Shown: piece after piece, positions 47,070-59,076 of the stretch | How the letters are laid out: every line of letters starts with the position of its first letter | Numbering within the stretch: the stretch's first letter is position 1 | Source of the DNA: Azolla caroliniana | Taxonomy: Eukaryota; Plantae; Polypodiophyta | DNA: 64,000 bases | Assembly (NCBI GenBank): GCA_043228905.1 | Contig: JBHGNT010000009.1 | Location: 2,356,001 to 2,420,000 of the forward strand | Direction: 5' to 3' | The notes under the pieces: generated by a model | The model's database searches: none | Told to the model about the DNA's origin: nothing | The model's input: the letters and a program-made list of their open reading frames with translations, nothing else | Program-made: the position numbers and the translations under genes

Positions 47070-50000
47070 TTATGACACTATCCCCCCTTTAAAACGACGA
47101 GTTCCACGAGTCGTTTTGGATTGAGGACCCGGTTTCTCGGGATATCGTCGATGGAAGTCTTCTAGAAGAGCACGAGCATTGGTCACATTCTCGATCGGTT
47201 CCCAAGTACGCTCGCTGGGACTATATCCTAGCCAATCGACTAGATAGTAGAGCTTGTTGCGAACAATCTTGGAATCGAGGATGGCAGCGACCTCATACTC
47301 AGGTCCATCTTCGAGCTCGATAGGAGGTGGTGGTTGTATAGTACGTCCTGGGATAGTGCTCTCGTGATAGGGTTCGAGGAGAGAACTATGAAACACCGGA
47401 TGTATCCGAAGTTGCGGAGGTAGCTCGAGACGAAAAGCGACATCATTAATCTTCCCGATAATACGGAAAGGACCTAATCGCCGATAATCCAACTTCTCAC
47501 ATGGGCGAGTAGTCTTGATGTGTCGTCGTAGCAGCCACACCCGATCTCCAATGTTAAAACTGGATGGAAGTCGATGACGATCTGCGTAGTCCTTGTGTGA
47601 TTGTTGAGCTTGCTGGAGTTGAGTAGATAAATCCGCTTGTATCTTGCGTAACCGCTCCAAACGATCCTCCGCGCAAGGATTTGTGGACACTTCTGGGGTT
47701 TCAAGGACACACCACCGGGGATGATATCCCGTATAAGCGTAGAATGGCGTGACTTTAGTCGATGCGTGGATAGCGTTATTATAGGCAAATTCGGCGAACT
47801 GAAGAATATCTGCCCAGTCATTCTGATGATAGTTGAGAAAGCACCGCAGATACTGCTCCAGTGTTTGATTTGTTCGTTCGGCTTGACCGTCGGTTTGTGG
47901 GTGGTAGCCGGAGGAGAGGTTACAAGTGACCTTCAACATTTTAAAAAGGTGCTTCCAGAATTTTGACACAAACTGGGGTCCACGATCGCTGATGATATTA
48001 TCAGGGAGTCCATGATGCCGACATACTTCCCGCATGACAATTTCGGCGGTGTCTTCACTAGATATTTCTTTAGTACATGGTAAGAAATGAGCCATCTTCG
48101 TATATCGATCCACCACTGTGAGAATCGCACTGAATCCCTTAGAGACTGGAAGATCTGTAATGAAGTCAAGAGCAATGGATTGCCATGGCTTGCTTGGAAT
48201 TGGTAATGGTTCTAATAAACCATATGGATGATGTCTTGGCATTTTCGCTCTGCAGCATGTATCGCAAGTCCGAACAAAATCTTCGACAAATTGTCGCATA
48301 CGGGGCCACCAGAATGATCGTTGTACTAAATCTAATGTTTTAGTACTACCAAAATGTCCTGCTGTATATGTGTCATGGCAATTTTGTACTACTCGAAGGC
48401 GGCAAGAACCATTAGGAACATACAAAAGTTCTTTAAAGAAGAGTAATCCATCACAGTATTTGAATTGCCGATAATCCGTACCTGGTGATTGTGATTGTGA
48501 ACATGACGCTCGAGAGGGGTCAATTTGTGCTAGTATAGCTTGGGCGAAAGCGTCAGTCTTCAAGTCCTCACGTATAGTATTGGTAATGTCGGAATCCACG
48601 GGCATGTCAAAGACCTGTGCTGCTTGCAGTCGTGCTGGACCCAAGATTACTTGCTTCTGGTTATCGAAAGCTGGCTCACCGGGACGTGGTGTTAGATACG
48701 AACGCCGTGATAATGCATCTGCCTTCCCTTGGTGCTTCCCCGGACGATATGTAATTTTGAAGTCGAAGCGTGTGAGGAAGTGGGCCCACCGAGCTTGACG
48801 TCGATTCAGTACACGAGCATCTTGAAAGTAGGCAAGGTTCTTGTGGTCACTGAATACAGTGACCTGATGAGGAGATCCCTCCAGGAAATGCCTCCATTGC
48901 ATAAAAGAATCAACTATTGCTAATAGCTCTTTATCATGAATTTCGTAGTTGATTTCGGCGGCGTCAAACTTACGGGAGTGGAAAGCCACAGGATGTAGCT
49001 TCTCGTCGTTACCCTGTTGTGACAGAATGCTCCCCAATGCGAAATCCGATGCGTCAGCTTCGATAATGAATGGTTTTTCCGGATCCACATGACCTAAAAT
49101 TGGAGCTGATGTAAACGCCTTCTTAAGACTCTCGAAAGCCATGTCCGTCTCTTTAGACCAAATGAATGATTGTCCCTTCCTGGTGAGCTGTGTGAGAGGC
49201 AGCACAATTTTTGAGTAATTTTGTATGAACTTCCGGTAAAAATTTGCAAAGCCTAGGAAGCATTGCACATCCCGCACCGAACGCGGAGTGTGCCATTCTA
49301 TCACCGTTTTCACCTTGGCTGGGTCCATAGATATGCCTTCTGAGGAGATGACATAGCCGAGAAATTCCACTTGGTTGCACCCGAAACTACATTTCTCTAA
49401 CTTTGCATACAGACCATGTTCTCGAAGTCGTTTTAGTACTAATAGTACATGAGAATCATGTTCTTCTTGGGTCTTTGAATAAACCAGTAGATCATCCAAA
49501 TAGATGATCAAAAAATCATCCAAGAGATCTCGAAATATATCATTCGCCATGTGCTGGAAGACTGCCGGCGCATTAGTGAGTCCGAACGGCATGACCGTAT
49601 ACTCGAAGTGCCCATATCTGGTGCGAAACGCGGTCTTCCATTCATCTCCTGGTCGGATCCGTACGAGGTTATAGGCTCCTCGTAAGTCGATCTTCGTGAA
49701 GAACCTGGCACCGTTGATCCGTTCTAAAAGACTTGAGATAAGGGGAAGAGCATACCTATTTCTTACTGTGACCTTATTCAAGCCACGGTAATCTACAACG
49801 AGTCGAAGCGAGCCATCTTTTTTCTTGACGAAGAAAATGGGTGCACCGGCTGGAGATTTCGAATGCCGAATGAAACCGTTCTCCAAATTCTCCTCTATAT
49901 AGGCTCGGAGGACTTCTAGCTCGGTTGGTGACAAATTGTAGATCGGCCCCCATGGCGGCTCTTTTCCCGGTTGTAAGTCGATGGCGCAATCGTACGGCCG

Positions 50001-50627
50001 ATGATGAGGAAGTGTGTTGGCTTGTACTTTATCGAACACATCAGCATACTGACGATACTTCTCGGGAAGTTGAATGGTGGACTCCTCTTTGGTGGTGCTG
50101 GAGGGTTGTACTGATATTGCGAAGAGAAACATTTCCTCCTTGCGCCCTTCCTCACGCAACTGATGTAGCGAAATGGTTGCAACCTTCTGGGTAGATCCTT
50201 GGGTTTGTCGCAACCGGATTTCCCTTGTCCTCCAATCTATGTCTGGGTTATGTAACTCGAACCATGGTAATCCTAAAACTATGGGATGTTCTGGAATACT
50301 AATAATATTAAATGATACTACACATGTTAAGTTATCTAGGACAATATTAACGGGTTCCGACTCTTCTATGATATTACCAGAAGCAATGGGACGACCATCA
50401 ATGACTACTACTGAGGCTGGACATGGGAGCTTTCTGAGAGATATCTGATGAGCTCGGGCAAAATTCCTATCCATGAAGCAAGAATTAGCTCCGGAATCTA
50501 GAAGGGCTAAGGTATGTACTGGAGGGGTACTTTTAGTACTAACTGCTACTTGGGCTACGAACACATCACTAACTTGCTTAGAGGGAATGGAACCACTAAT
50601 GGGCTGCACAGATCTAGGGCTGTCCAA
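47070..50627 (-). CDS. pol: Pol polyprotein PR-RT-RNaseH-IN-chromodomain (intact; -1 frame relative to gag)
   Basis: 1185 aa with all catalytic motifs and a canonical chromodomain. The stop lies just inside the 3' LTR. Confidence 0.96.
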   Translation of the reverse strand: MDSPRSVQPISGSIPSKQVSDVFVAQVAVSTKSTPPVHTLALLDSGANSCFMDRNFARAHQISLRKLPCPASVVVIDGRPIASGNIIEESEPVNIVLDNLTCVVSFNIISIPEHPIVLGLPWFELHNPDIDWRTREIRLRQTQGSTQKVATISLHQLREEGRKEEMFLFAISVQPSSTTKEESTIQLPEKYRQYADVFDKVQANTLPHHRPYDCAIDLQPGKEPPWGPIYNLSPTELEVLRAYIEENLENGFIRHSKSPAGAPIFFVKKKDGSLRLVVDYRGLNKVTVRNRYALPLISSLLERINGARFFTKIDLRGAYNLVRIRPGDEWKTAFRTRYGHFEYTVMPFGLTNAPAVFQHMANDIFRDLLDDFLIIYLDDLLVYSKTQEEHDSHVLLVLKRLREHGLYAKLEKCSFGCNQVEFLGYVISSEGISMDPAKVKTVIEWHTPRSVRDVQCFLGFANFYRKFIQNYSKIVLPLTQLTRKGQSFIWSKETDMAFESLKKAFTSAPILGHVDPEKPFIIEADASDFALGSILSQQGNDEKLHPVAFHSRKFDAAEINYEIHDKELLAIVDSFMQWRHFLEGSPHQVTVFSDHKNLAYFQDARVLNRRQARWAHFLTRFDFKITYRPGKHQGKADALSRRSYLTPRPGEPAFDNQKQVILGPARLQAAQVFDMPVDSDITNTIREDLKTDAFAQAILAQIDPSRASCSQSQSPGTDYRQFKYCDGLLFFKELLYVPNGSCRLRVVQNCHDTYTAGHFGSTKTLDLVQRSFWWPRMRQFVEDFVRTCDTCCRAKMPRHHPYGLLEPLPIPSKPWQSIALDFITDLPVSKGFSAILTVVDRYTKMAHFLPCTKEISSEDTAEIVMREVCRHHGLPDNIISDRGPQFVSKFWKHLFKMLKVTCNLSSGYHPQTDGQAERTNQTLEQYLRCFLNYHQNDWADILQFAEFAYNNAIHASTKVTPFYAYTGYHPRWCVLETPEVSTNPCAEDRLERLRKIQADLSTQLQQAQQSHKDYADRHRLPSSFNIGDRVWLLRRHIKTTRPCEKLDYRRLGPFRIIGKINDVAFRLELPPQLRIHPVFHSSLLEPYHESTIPGRTIQPPPPIELEDGPEYEVAAILDSKIVRNKLYYLVDWLGYSPSERTWEPIENVTNARALLEDFHRRYPEKPGPQSKTTRGTRRFKGGIVS

Positions 50628-50653
50628 CCAAACGGCTCCTATTTTGGCTGGAC

Positions 50654-51823
50654 TTAGTCGTTTAACTCTTCTTCTAATTGGCTAAGGACATCAAATTTGT
50701 TTGCGAGATTCGGACTATTAGTACTATTAGGACTATTATGACTATGAGGACTATCAGAGATTCCTACTGAAATAGACTCGGGTTTAGTATAGTCAGAACT
50801 AACAACGACTTGGTTTACCTGCCTTCTTGGTCTATGGGGACAGTTTATCGCGATATGCCCTGGTCCACCGCAATAAAGGCATAATCGGTTTGTTCGGCGT
50901 CGTTGCTTTTCCTCCTCCGATAGCGGCCCACGACGACGTGTAGTGTCAATTTCCATTGGAGTTGGAGTACTTACTGGAGGCGCATTATGTGACTCCCTTT
51001 GAAAAGGTTTTGCTACCACTGAGGCATAGGTAGGCTCGGATCTTGCCCTCGGCATCTGAAATTGTCGTTCCGAACGTCGCTCGAAGAGGCGGTTGTCACA
51101 TCTGACCGCTCGACTGATTGCTTCTGTTAATGATTTTGGCTCTTCAGGGAAAGTCAAGAGTAAATCCTTGACATCGTTGCGTAGACCATAGCGGAACTGC
51201 TCCATCAATGCTTGATCATCCCAGGGGATATCGGCGGCGAGTAGGCGGAAATCTGCAGCATATGCGGAGGCTGGACGGTCACCTTGGCGTAATCGCCGGA
51301 TTTTGTTGATTGCAGTCCTTATGCTGTCAGTATCTCCAAAACATGCTTTAAACTCACTTATGAATTCTTCAAAATTATTTAGTACTGGAGATTCCTTTTC
51401 TAGTAGCGGAGCGAACCATGCTAATGCTGAGCCATTTAACAACGTGCCTACTAAACCCACTCGTGATGCATCGGTGGGATATCGGGACGGATGCATTTGA
51501 ATAACTAACCGTACCTGGTTAAGAAACCCTCTAAACTGCGATCGCGTTCCATCGAACTTCGTGGGAAGGCCAATCTTGGGTTCTTTATGAATCCCTTGTG
51601 CTCCGTGCCCTTGTTGTTGCATTGCTACGATGGTTGCTTCGAGTTGTTGCACGCGTAACGCAAGTTCCCCATGCTGTTGTTGCGTTTGCTGCTTTTCTAA
51701 GGAAATTTGCTGAAGATCCCCCAACAAGCGTTGATTTTCTTGTTCCAAAGCATGAAACTTCTCTTTCAAGCATTGAAATTCCGAGAAAACGGATTGATAC
51801 TCTTCAGCGCTAACGGTGGCCAT
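50654..51823 (-). CDS. gag: Gag (coiled coil, sushi/PEG10-like capsid, CCHC knuckle)
   Basis: 389 aa. [39 protein letters not shown]. Confidence 0.95.
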   Translation of the reverse strand: MATVSAEEYQSVFSEFQCLKEKFHALEQENQRLLGDLQQISLEKQQTQQQHGELALRVQQLEATIVAMQQQGHGAQGIHKEPKIGLPTKFDGTRSQFRGFLNQVRLVIQMHPSRYPTDASRVGLVGTLLNGSALAWFAPLLEKESPVLNNFEEFISEFKACFGDTDSIRTAINKIRRLRQGDRPASAYAADFRLLAADIPWDDQALMEQFRYGLRNDVKDLLLTFPEEPKSLTEAISRAVRCDNRLFERRSERQFQMPRARSEPTYASVVAKPFQRESHNAPPVSTPTPMEIDTTRRRGPLSEEEKQRRRTNRLCLYCGGPGHIAINCPHRPRRQVNQVVVSSDYTKPESISVGISDSPHSHNSPNSTNSPNLANKFDVLSQLEEELND

Positions 51824-52058
51824 GGGATGAAGGAAAAGGGAAATAAGAGACTAGTAGGAAAGGAGGGAGACAGAAGGAAGAGGGAGAGAAAAGACCAGAC
51901 AGGCACCCAGAAATCGGTTCAAACTGTCAGGAACTCTATTAAGGCAGAGAAGGATTTAGTACTAAAAGAAGGATTAGTACTATTGTTGGGGAATAGTACT
52001 AAGACAGAGAAGGATTAGTACTATGAGAGGTGTCGAACTTTTGAGAGAAGGAATGAGT

Positions 52059-52096
<38 letters not shown>

Positions 52097-55000
52097 TGAT
52101 GCGAAAGATATATGTATTATATGAAGGAAGATATACAACAGTAGTTAGAAGGCTTAAGACTGGCGTTGAACCGATTTGGTTCGAACTAATGCCTTGCGCC
52201 TCCTTTTATAGTGTCTTCAGGAATACTCCTGAAGTTTCTAGAATGTTCCAGAGAAATCTGGAATATACATCAATTTCCCAATAAAACCTAAATGAAAATA
52301 ATATCCTTCAAATTACAATTCATAACCTAATGGTAAAGTCTCGACCCGTGTAACAAAAGGTTATGGGTTCGAGTCTAGTTATGACAGCAGCCGTTTTGAC
52401 AAATGACGTGAGTGGGTCCATAATGGCTTGACGGGGGCGGGTTCTGTTGCGACAAGGAAGGTCGAGGTACCCCCACCGGCGCAAAGGGAAGAGACCCGAG
52501 ACTGGCTCGAGACCAGCTCGACTTCGACCGGCATGGTCAAAGGCTCGTCCGGAGGAGCGGCTTTGGAGGAGCTGACTCAGGTGGTGAGGGACCTCCAGAT
52601 TGCACAAGCACAGAGGGACGGCGGCGAAGAAGTCCGTGACCGAAGGCCTCCTGCTGGGAACCGGTGATTGTGGTGCGACGCGGTAGCCATGCCCGAAAGG
52701 ACTGTGGGAACTTCACCGAAGTGACAAGAGCTAACGTGGTGCACCTATGGAACAGTCGGGTGCACGCTAGCGAGACCCAAAGGGCCCTAGATCTGAATAT
52801 CGGATGAGGGGGTATGAAACAGTTAATGGAAGAAGCTGTGGCTCGCCACGCGGAGACCATCCACTACTCGGCGTCGGCCAGAATCCAGGTCGGAAGTGAC
52901 GAGGTTCGAAAGACAAAGGAAGCCGAATTCTGGCCGTTGATGCTGGAAGGCCTCACCGGCGTATGGCTGAGGAAAGAGGAAGTAGACCGCGCGAAAAGAC
53001 GAGTCCGGGAGGTAACCGGGTGGAGTGACCCAGTCGAAGAGAAGACGGGTTTCGTGGAAGCTGCGTGCCAGAACTACGAGGTTTTGGTGGAAGACAAGCG
53101 TGCAGGAAAGACCGGGGGGGCCAGACCCTCACAATGGTATGAGACCCTGTTCGGGCCAAAGCAGAATGATGCCGGTGCATTCGGCGCACCGAACAAGGCC
53201 AAGAAGGCCGGTTATCGGTTGAGCACAAAGATCAAAAGAACCACGGACCTACAAAAGGTCCTGGAGGAACGGATCCTTGACAGCAAAGTGGAGTTGTCAC
53301 TGAGGGAAGTGCTCGGTATCGCCAAGAAGGAGTTCCATGACTCCATCATAGACTTGGTGAAGCGGAAAAGGCTTTGGACGGAGCTAGAGCCCGAGAAGCC
53401 GGTGGAGGTGCGAACGACGCACCTAGAAGACATGGCCCTAGAGGACGAATTGGCGGAAAGCCACTACTCGAGGCTACATTAGGCTAGGGCCACTACGGAA
53501 ACCCCTGTTCGGATCGGGGACGTCCAAGAGCCGGTGGTGGTGTTGGTAGACTACAGTTCGGAGATCAACTTGATGTCCATGGACTTCTACAAGAAGGGAA
53601 AGTGGCCAATCAACACCAAGCACAGGTGGAAGATACGGGCAGCAACGCGCACCATGGAGCCTGCCCGAATGTACGAGTGAAAATCGGCGATGTCGAGATC
53701 GATCAACACTTCTTCGTGTAGGAGACATCCTCGCATCCGGTGATACTCGGAGAACCGTACATCACGGCGGCACGCATGGAAACAAAGGTGTTGGACAACG
53801 GTTTGGCATATGCACGAGTCAAGAGCCAGGATGGGCATCACTCAGTCCAGTTCCTGACGGTGCTACCGAACCATGAGCGTAACCGCGAGACCCTCGGTGC
53901 CGATAACCGAGGGGGTTTTAGAGAGGGCTATCAAGGCATGGGGCCGCGATAGTCCGGACACCCCGGAAACACCCCACAGATGTACTATAGGCAAAAACAC
54001 ATGTACCATAGGTAGGAAATTTTGGCTCTCCAATAGCGGAGGTTGTACGATAACCGGTGTAGTTGGCTGGGAAAAGAAGCAGGCGGAGGAGCAACTTCGG
54101 GCATGCGGAGTCCTCGGCCCTGAAGAGGAAATCAACGGGGCCGTGGAGCCGGTCTCTTTTGACGATACCTTGGGGAAGTTACGGTAGGTGTTGGGAGAAG
54201 GCCTTAATGAGGACCGGACAATTTTGGTATGTTCGGAAAGGATGTACAAAGTCATCACTGACTTCGGTAATGGACTCGAGTCGGATCGGACGGCCCGAGT
54301 GGATACGAAGTACAAGACTGTGGACCAGAAGGTGAGGCCAGTCGCGGCACCCTTGCCGGAGGGCAGCGAGTTACGGATAAAGGGGATCACGTCGGACCCA
54401 AGTTTACGAGAACTGGCCAGCATAGGACACACGTTCACCGACATAACGCTACGAGAGCTCAAGATCGGTGGGGGTGGATTTCTACTGCCGGCGGAAGAGG
54501 ACCAATTTCGGAGAATGCTCGGGTGGCACGGGAAGGCTTTCGCATTCTCACCGGAGGAGATCAGGTGCGTAGAACCCGACGGTTGTGGAACCAATGGTGA
54601 TCTTCACAGTACCGCATGTGCCATGGAATCTCAAACCGATTCCTGTAACCAGAGCTCACATCCCGAAGCTGATGGAGTTGTTGAAACAGAAGGTGGAGAT
54701 GGCCATCCTCGAACCGTCGAGTGTCCCATATTCGAATCGGTGGTTTACAGTGCCAAAGAAGAACGGCACACTATGCTTCATACAGGACCTGCAGTTGGTC
54801 AACAAGGTGACCATTCGAAACGTAGGTATCGGACCGACCATTGATGAGTTCGCGGAGGCCTTCGCAGGGAGGTCGATCTACTCGGTCGGGGATCAGTACT
54901 CAGGGTACAATCAGTTCCAACTTCCCATAAACAGCAGGGATGTCACGACGATGCGGAATCCTCTCGGCCTAGTTCGGATGTGTACCCTACCATAAGGGGG

Positions 55001-58000
55001 AACGAACTCGGTGGCGCACATGGTGTTGAGGGACTGCATCCCGGACATCACCATGCCATTTCTGGACGACATCCCAATCAAAGGATGTCCAATGGAGGAC
55101 AAGGACGAGTCAGTCGGGCCCGAAGTTTGCCGGATGTTCGTGATGGATCACATCTGCGACTGCGAGAAGGTGCTACATAGACTCGAGAGCGCGCAGCTCA
55201 ACTTCTCCAGAGAAAAATCAGCCTTCGGACAGCCGGAAATCTTGGTAATCAGACACCTGTGCGAGCCTTACGGCCGGAAGCCGTCCCTGGCAAAGGTAGA
55301 AGCCATCTCCGCGATGAAGGATGATTGTGGGTCAGTCATCGAGGTCCGAAGGATCCTGAGGGCATGTGCATTCTATCACATCTGGATTCCGCACTACACG
55401 CATGTCACAGAACCACTTTACGGGTTGCTGAAGAAAGGGCGTAAATTCGAGTGGAGAGACGAGCAGACGGAGTCGGTCAGGAGACTGAAGCAGTTTATGG
55501 CAAGGAAGTCCCCATTTACGTAACGGTGGACACGAGCCCCACCGGGATCGGGTGGGTGATCAATCAAGAAGGTGAAGATGGCGTACGGTTCCTGATCCAG
55601 TTCGGGGCAAAGGTATTGAGCAAGCGGCAGTGAGGATACGCCCAAATCAAGCGCGAGCTATGGGGTATCATTTCGGCAGTCAAGGCCGACAAAGACTATC
55701 TGATCGGGACGGAAGTGATCATCGAGACGTACTTCCTACCGATTCTGGGTATGGTTTCCAGATGCGCGACTCCAGACCTGGCGATGCTCAGGTGGATCGT
55801 GTACATCAAGTCCCTGAACCCGGAGATACGACACATCTCCGGAAAGGATAACGCCATGGCCGATATGCTTTCAAGGGACGAGGACGACATGGTTTCGGAT
55901 AACGAAGAAGTCGGCGAGGACTTCTTCAGGTCAACTAACGTAACAACAAGAAAGGGGAGCACTCCAGCACTTACCGAATTCGACGAGAGCAAGTACAACA
56001 GGGAGTGACTCCAGATCGGCGAGTTCCTAAAGATAATGACACCGGACGCGGCATGGATGAAGGAAGAGACCAACCGGATTCGGAAGAAAGCGTATCGATT
56101 CTTCCTACGGGACGGGAGCTTATGGAAGCACCCGAAGAAGAGAAACAACATCCTGCTCCGAGTGGTGGCGAAGAAAGAGGAACAGGAAGAATTGTTGACG
56201 GCATACCACGAGTCCCTGGGCTGGACACCATGGTATGTGGGCCACATTCGAGAAGCTAAAGGGGAAGTACTGGTGGCTGGGACTATACCGGGACGTGCAT
56301 CGGTTCGTGATGACTTGCGAAAGCTGCCAGGTGCACTCCATAGTCCGACATCGGGACGAGCTTCACCCGACCTACCCTCCGACCATCCACTTCAAGTGCA
56401 TGGTGGATCTGGTGACGATGCCAATGGGGGTAGGGTAGATGCGGTATCTGGTACTGGCTCGGCAGGACCTGATGAACCAAGTGGAAGCCCGAGCGTTGTA
56501 GAACAAAACGACCGCGGCCGTGTGCCGATTTCTGATTGAAGAAGTGGTATGCCGGTACGGGTGCGTAGGTAAGATCGTGGCTGACCGCGGGGAGTTGGAT
56601 GCGCAAGAGGCGGAAGAGCTGTTTGACTAGCTAGGGGTTAAACTCTCGCTCACAACAACGTACAATCCAGAGGCTAATGGGAAGGTGGAACGTGGACACG
56701 GGCTAATCGTCAAAGCGTTGTACGGGCGTGTGGAGGCCAAGTGGAACTGGTCACGGCTCTTACCCTATGCGTTGTGGGCGGACCAAACTACACACAGTTC
56801 GGTAACCAGGTTCATGCCGGCAAAGCTAATGTACGAGCAGAAGCCGATCATGCCAACGGAGCAGACAATCTCCTCATGGGCCACGGTGGACTGGAAAGAC
56901 GAGATGAGCCGGGAAGAGCTATTAGCGGCATGGATTCGGCAGCTGGAGCGAACACCAGAGGACGTGGACCGAGCCGCGAAGAAGCTACGGGTGGCGAGGG
57001 TAAAGAACAAGGGACTCACCGACTGAGACCGAAGAGGATCAAGGAAGGCGACAGGGTTCTAGTGTATGATAGGAGCCTCGACAACCAGCACAGAGCAATG
57101 CGGAAGTTTGCAAGAAGGTGGTTCGGGCCTTATGCGGTGACAAGCGCCAACAACAATGGGACCTACCATCTCGTGGAGCTCGACGAGACAAAGATGGTGG
57201 TATCGGTGGTAGGGAAAAGGATCAAAGCGTTCAAAAAGCGGCACGAGGCTGAACTGGACCTAGACGACCTGGATAGCGACAACGACCGGCTCAGAATGGA
57301 TGATGATCCGGAAGACGAAGGATAAGCATGGGCCGGACTTCTCCGGCAAGAGTCTAATTTTGGCGCATACCGGTAGATGCGCGGTTAGGTGGGGGGGGGG
57401 GATGTCGTGGAGAAAACCATCCCTAGGCAGAAACCGGGTATAACGTGTGTAAAACGGCCCTTACACGTGGGCACAAGTTTTGTTGTATAGTACGTAGATA
57501 GGTACAAGTCGGCTGAGGTGAAATCCTAGGTAGCACGCTTTCATTAGGGAGAGAATCAAGGCGTATCCCTGTCCGAAAGGACTGGGAATAAACATGATGT
57601 AACGAGTGGTAACGGCCTCCCTCCTTGGGCAATAAAAGAGATGGAGAGGTATTGTAAAAAAGGGGGGGGGAAGATATCGCATTTTTTTTTGTGGAGGACG
57701 AAGTGTTGCCGGACTGGAACCGAGCTCTTCTCATCTATCTTCTCCATAGTCGCTCTGTGCAGGTTTCAGGAGGCTGACTCTGCTCCACGGAACACCCGAG
57801 TGCTTCTAGTAGAGTCTCCATCTCGCGTTCTGAGTGTGTGTGTGTGTGTGTGTGTGCAGGCGTCGGAGCCTGTCAGTCGCCAGCTTGCCGGCTGTAACTC
57901 CTCGACTTATATATACATATACATTCGTTCTGTCTCCATCGTTCAGTGTTAGTTGCAACTCTTGTGAATGTGTGTGCTTGTGCGCGTGTGAAGTACATCG

Positions 58001-58095
58001 GTAGTTTCCTTCCCCTCTTCTCATTCGGCTATTTCTCGGTCCAAGGCCCCCGTGGTCCCGCCTCGTTCTCCACGCACGCGCATAACAACGCGACA

Positions 58096-59076
58096 TCGTC
58101 CTTCCCGACATTTCTCCAAACATAGTCGTAGATGCTCAAAATGTTCGGTTTTCCGACTATAAACAGCAAAATCATCCAAAAATACTTGCATAAAGGCAGG
58201 AATGTAATTCCCAAATTTTCCTGTATCACTCTTTGAAATGTTGCCGGAGCGGTCTTCAAGCCAAAAATTATTACTACTGCAACAAACACTCCCCATTCTG
58301 TAACAAAAGTTGTCTTTTCTTGATCTTCCGGATTCATCCGAACCTAATTATAACCACTAAAACCATCTAGGAAACTATATACTTCATGGCCAGCTACCGC
58401 ATCTAATATACTATCTCTAAATGGTAATCGAAACGCGTCCGTAACAATAGCCGCATTTAATTTCCAGTAGTCGACACATACCCGAATTTTTCCATTCTTT
58501 TTCGGAACCACAACTATTGGACTTAACCATGTCGATTTTTTCACCGGACGAATAAACCCTACTTTCAAAAGCTTATCTATTTCTTCTTTAACTTTAATAG
58601 CATAATTAGGATTTAATTGGTACCTGCGTTGTTGAACCGGCTTTACATCCTTTATGAAGGTTGATTTGATGTTGATAGAAAGCTGGATCTAGTCCCTTCA
58701 TATCTTCAAAAGACCAGGCAAAGACATCCTTATATTGCTTTAATAATGTGGTTAACCTTTGTATGTCCGCTTCTATCATTTCCTTAGCAATGAGTATTGT
58801 TTTCAACTCATTGTCCTCATTTCCTTCTGCCAAATTTATTTCCTCCAATGTTGCAGCTTTAACTCATTGGGACACTTTCATCTCTCTATCGGTAGCTTCT
58901 TGCTGGAGTTGTATTTCCTTCATTGCTTGCTCATCTATTGACAATTGCTCCTGGGAATCCACATAAGGCGTCAAGGCTTGTAAAATATCGACCTCGAATA
59001 AAGGAATGATTTTTGGATTATCATCAAAATACTGATTTTCTTCGACCTCGTCTAATCCCTCCATCATATTGACAGA
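58096..59076 (-). pseudogene. pol: N-terminal RT of element H
   Basis: YKDVFAWS, WLSPIVVVPKKNG, FLDGFSGYN, FLDDF. Confidence 0.88.

Larger units (their letters stand above)
46618..52386 (-). mobile_element. Element A: intact young Tcn1-like chromovirus; LTRs 46618-47077 and 51925-52386, TSD GCAGC
   Basis: GCAGC|TGTCAGG...TATGACA|GCAGC. By eye the LTRs differ by one substitution and one GA unit. PPT AAAAGGGGGGATAG. Confidence 0.97.
45263..58095 (+). mobile_element. Element F: degenerate Phygy-like gypsy, TSD TCGT, dissimilar LTRs (45263-45991, 57403-58095); hosts element A in gag
   Basis: TCGT|TGTCGTG...CGCGACA|TCGT. PBS at 45997, gag ATG at 46037, pol ~53918-57325, G-run PPT. Confidence 0.9.
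32787..59076 (-). mobile_element. Element H: Athila-like gypsy in three pieces (32787-35721, 42665-45262, 58096-59076); 3' LTR 32787-33233
   Basis: LTR TGTTA...TAACA. RT FLDGFSGYN and FLDD, RH VDASD, IN GLDFVGPF..YPQANG. Frames resume exactly across insertions E and F. No chromodomain or extra RNase H seen. Confidence 0.85.

Noticed and set aside
50654-51823. Domesticated PEG10/RTL-like host gene
   Set aside because: It lies between near-identical LTRs with a TSD, so it is an ordinary young retrotransposon gag.
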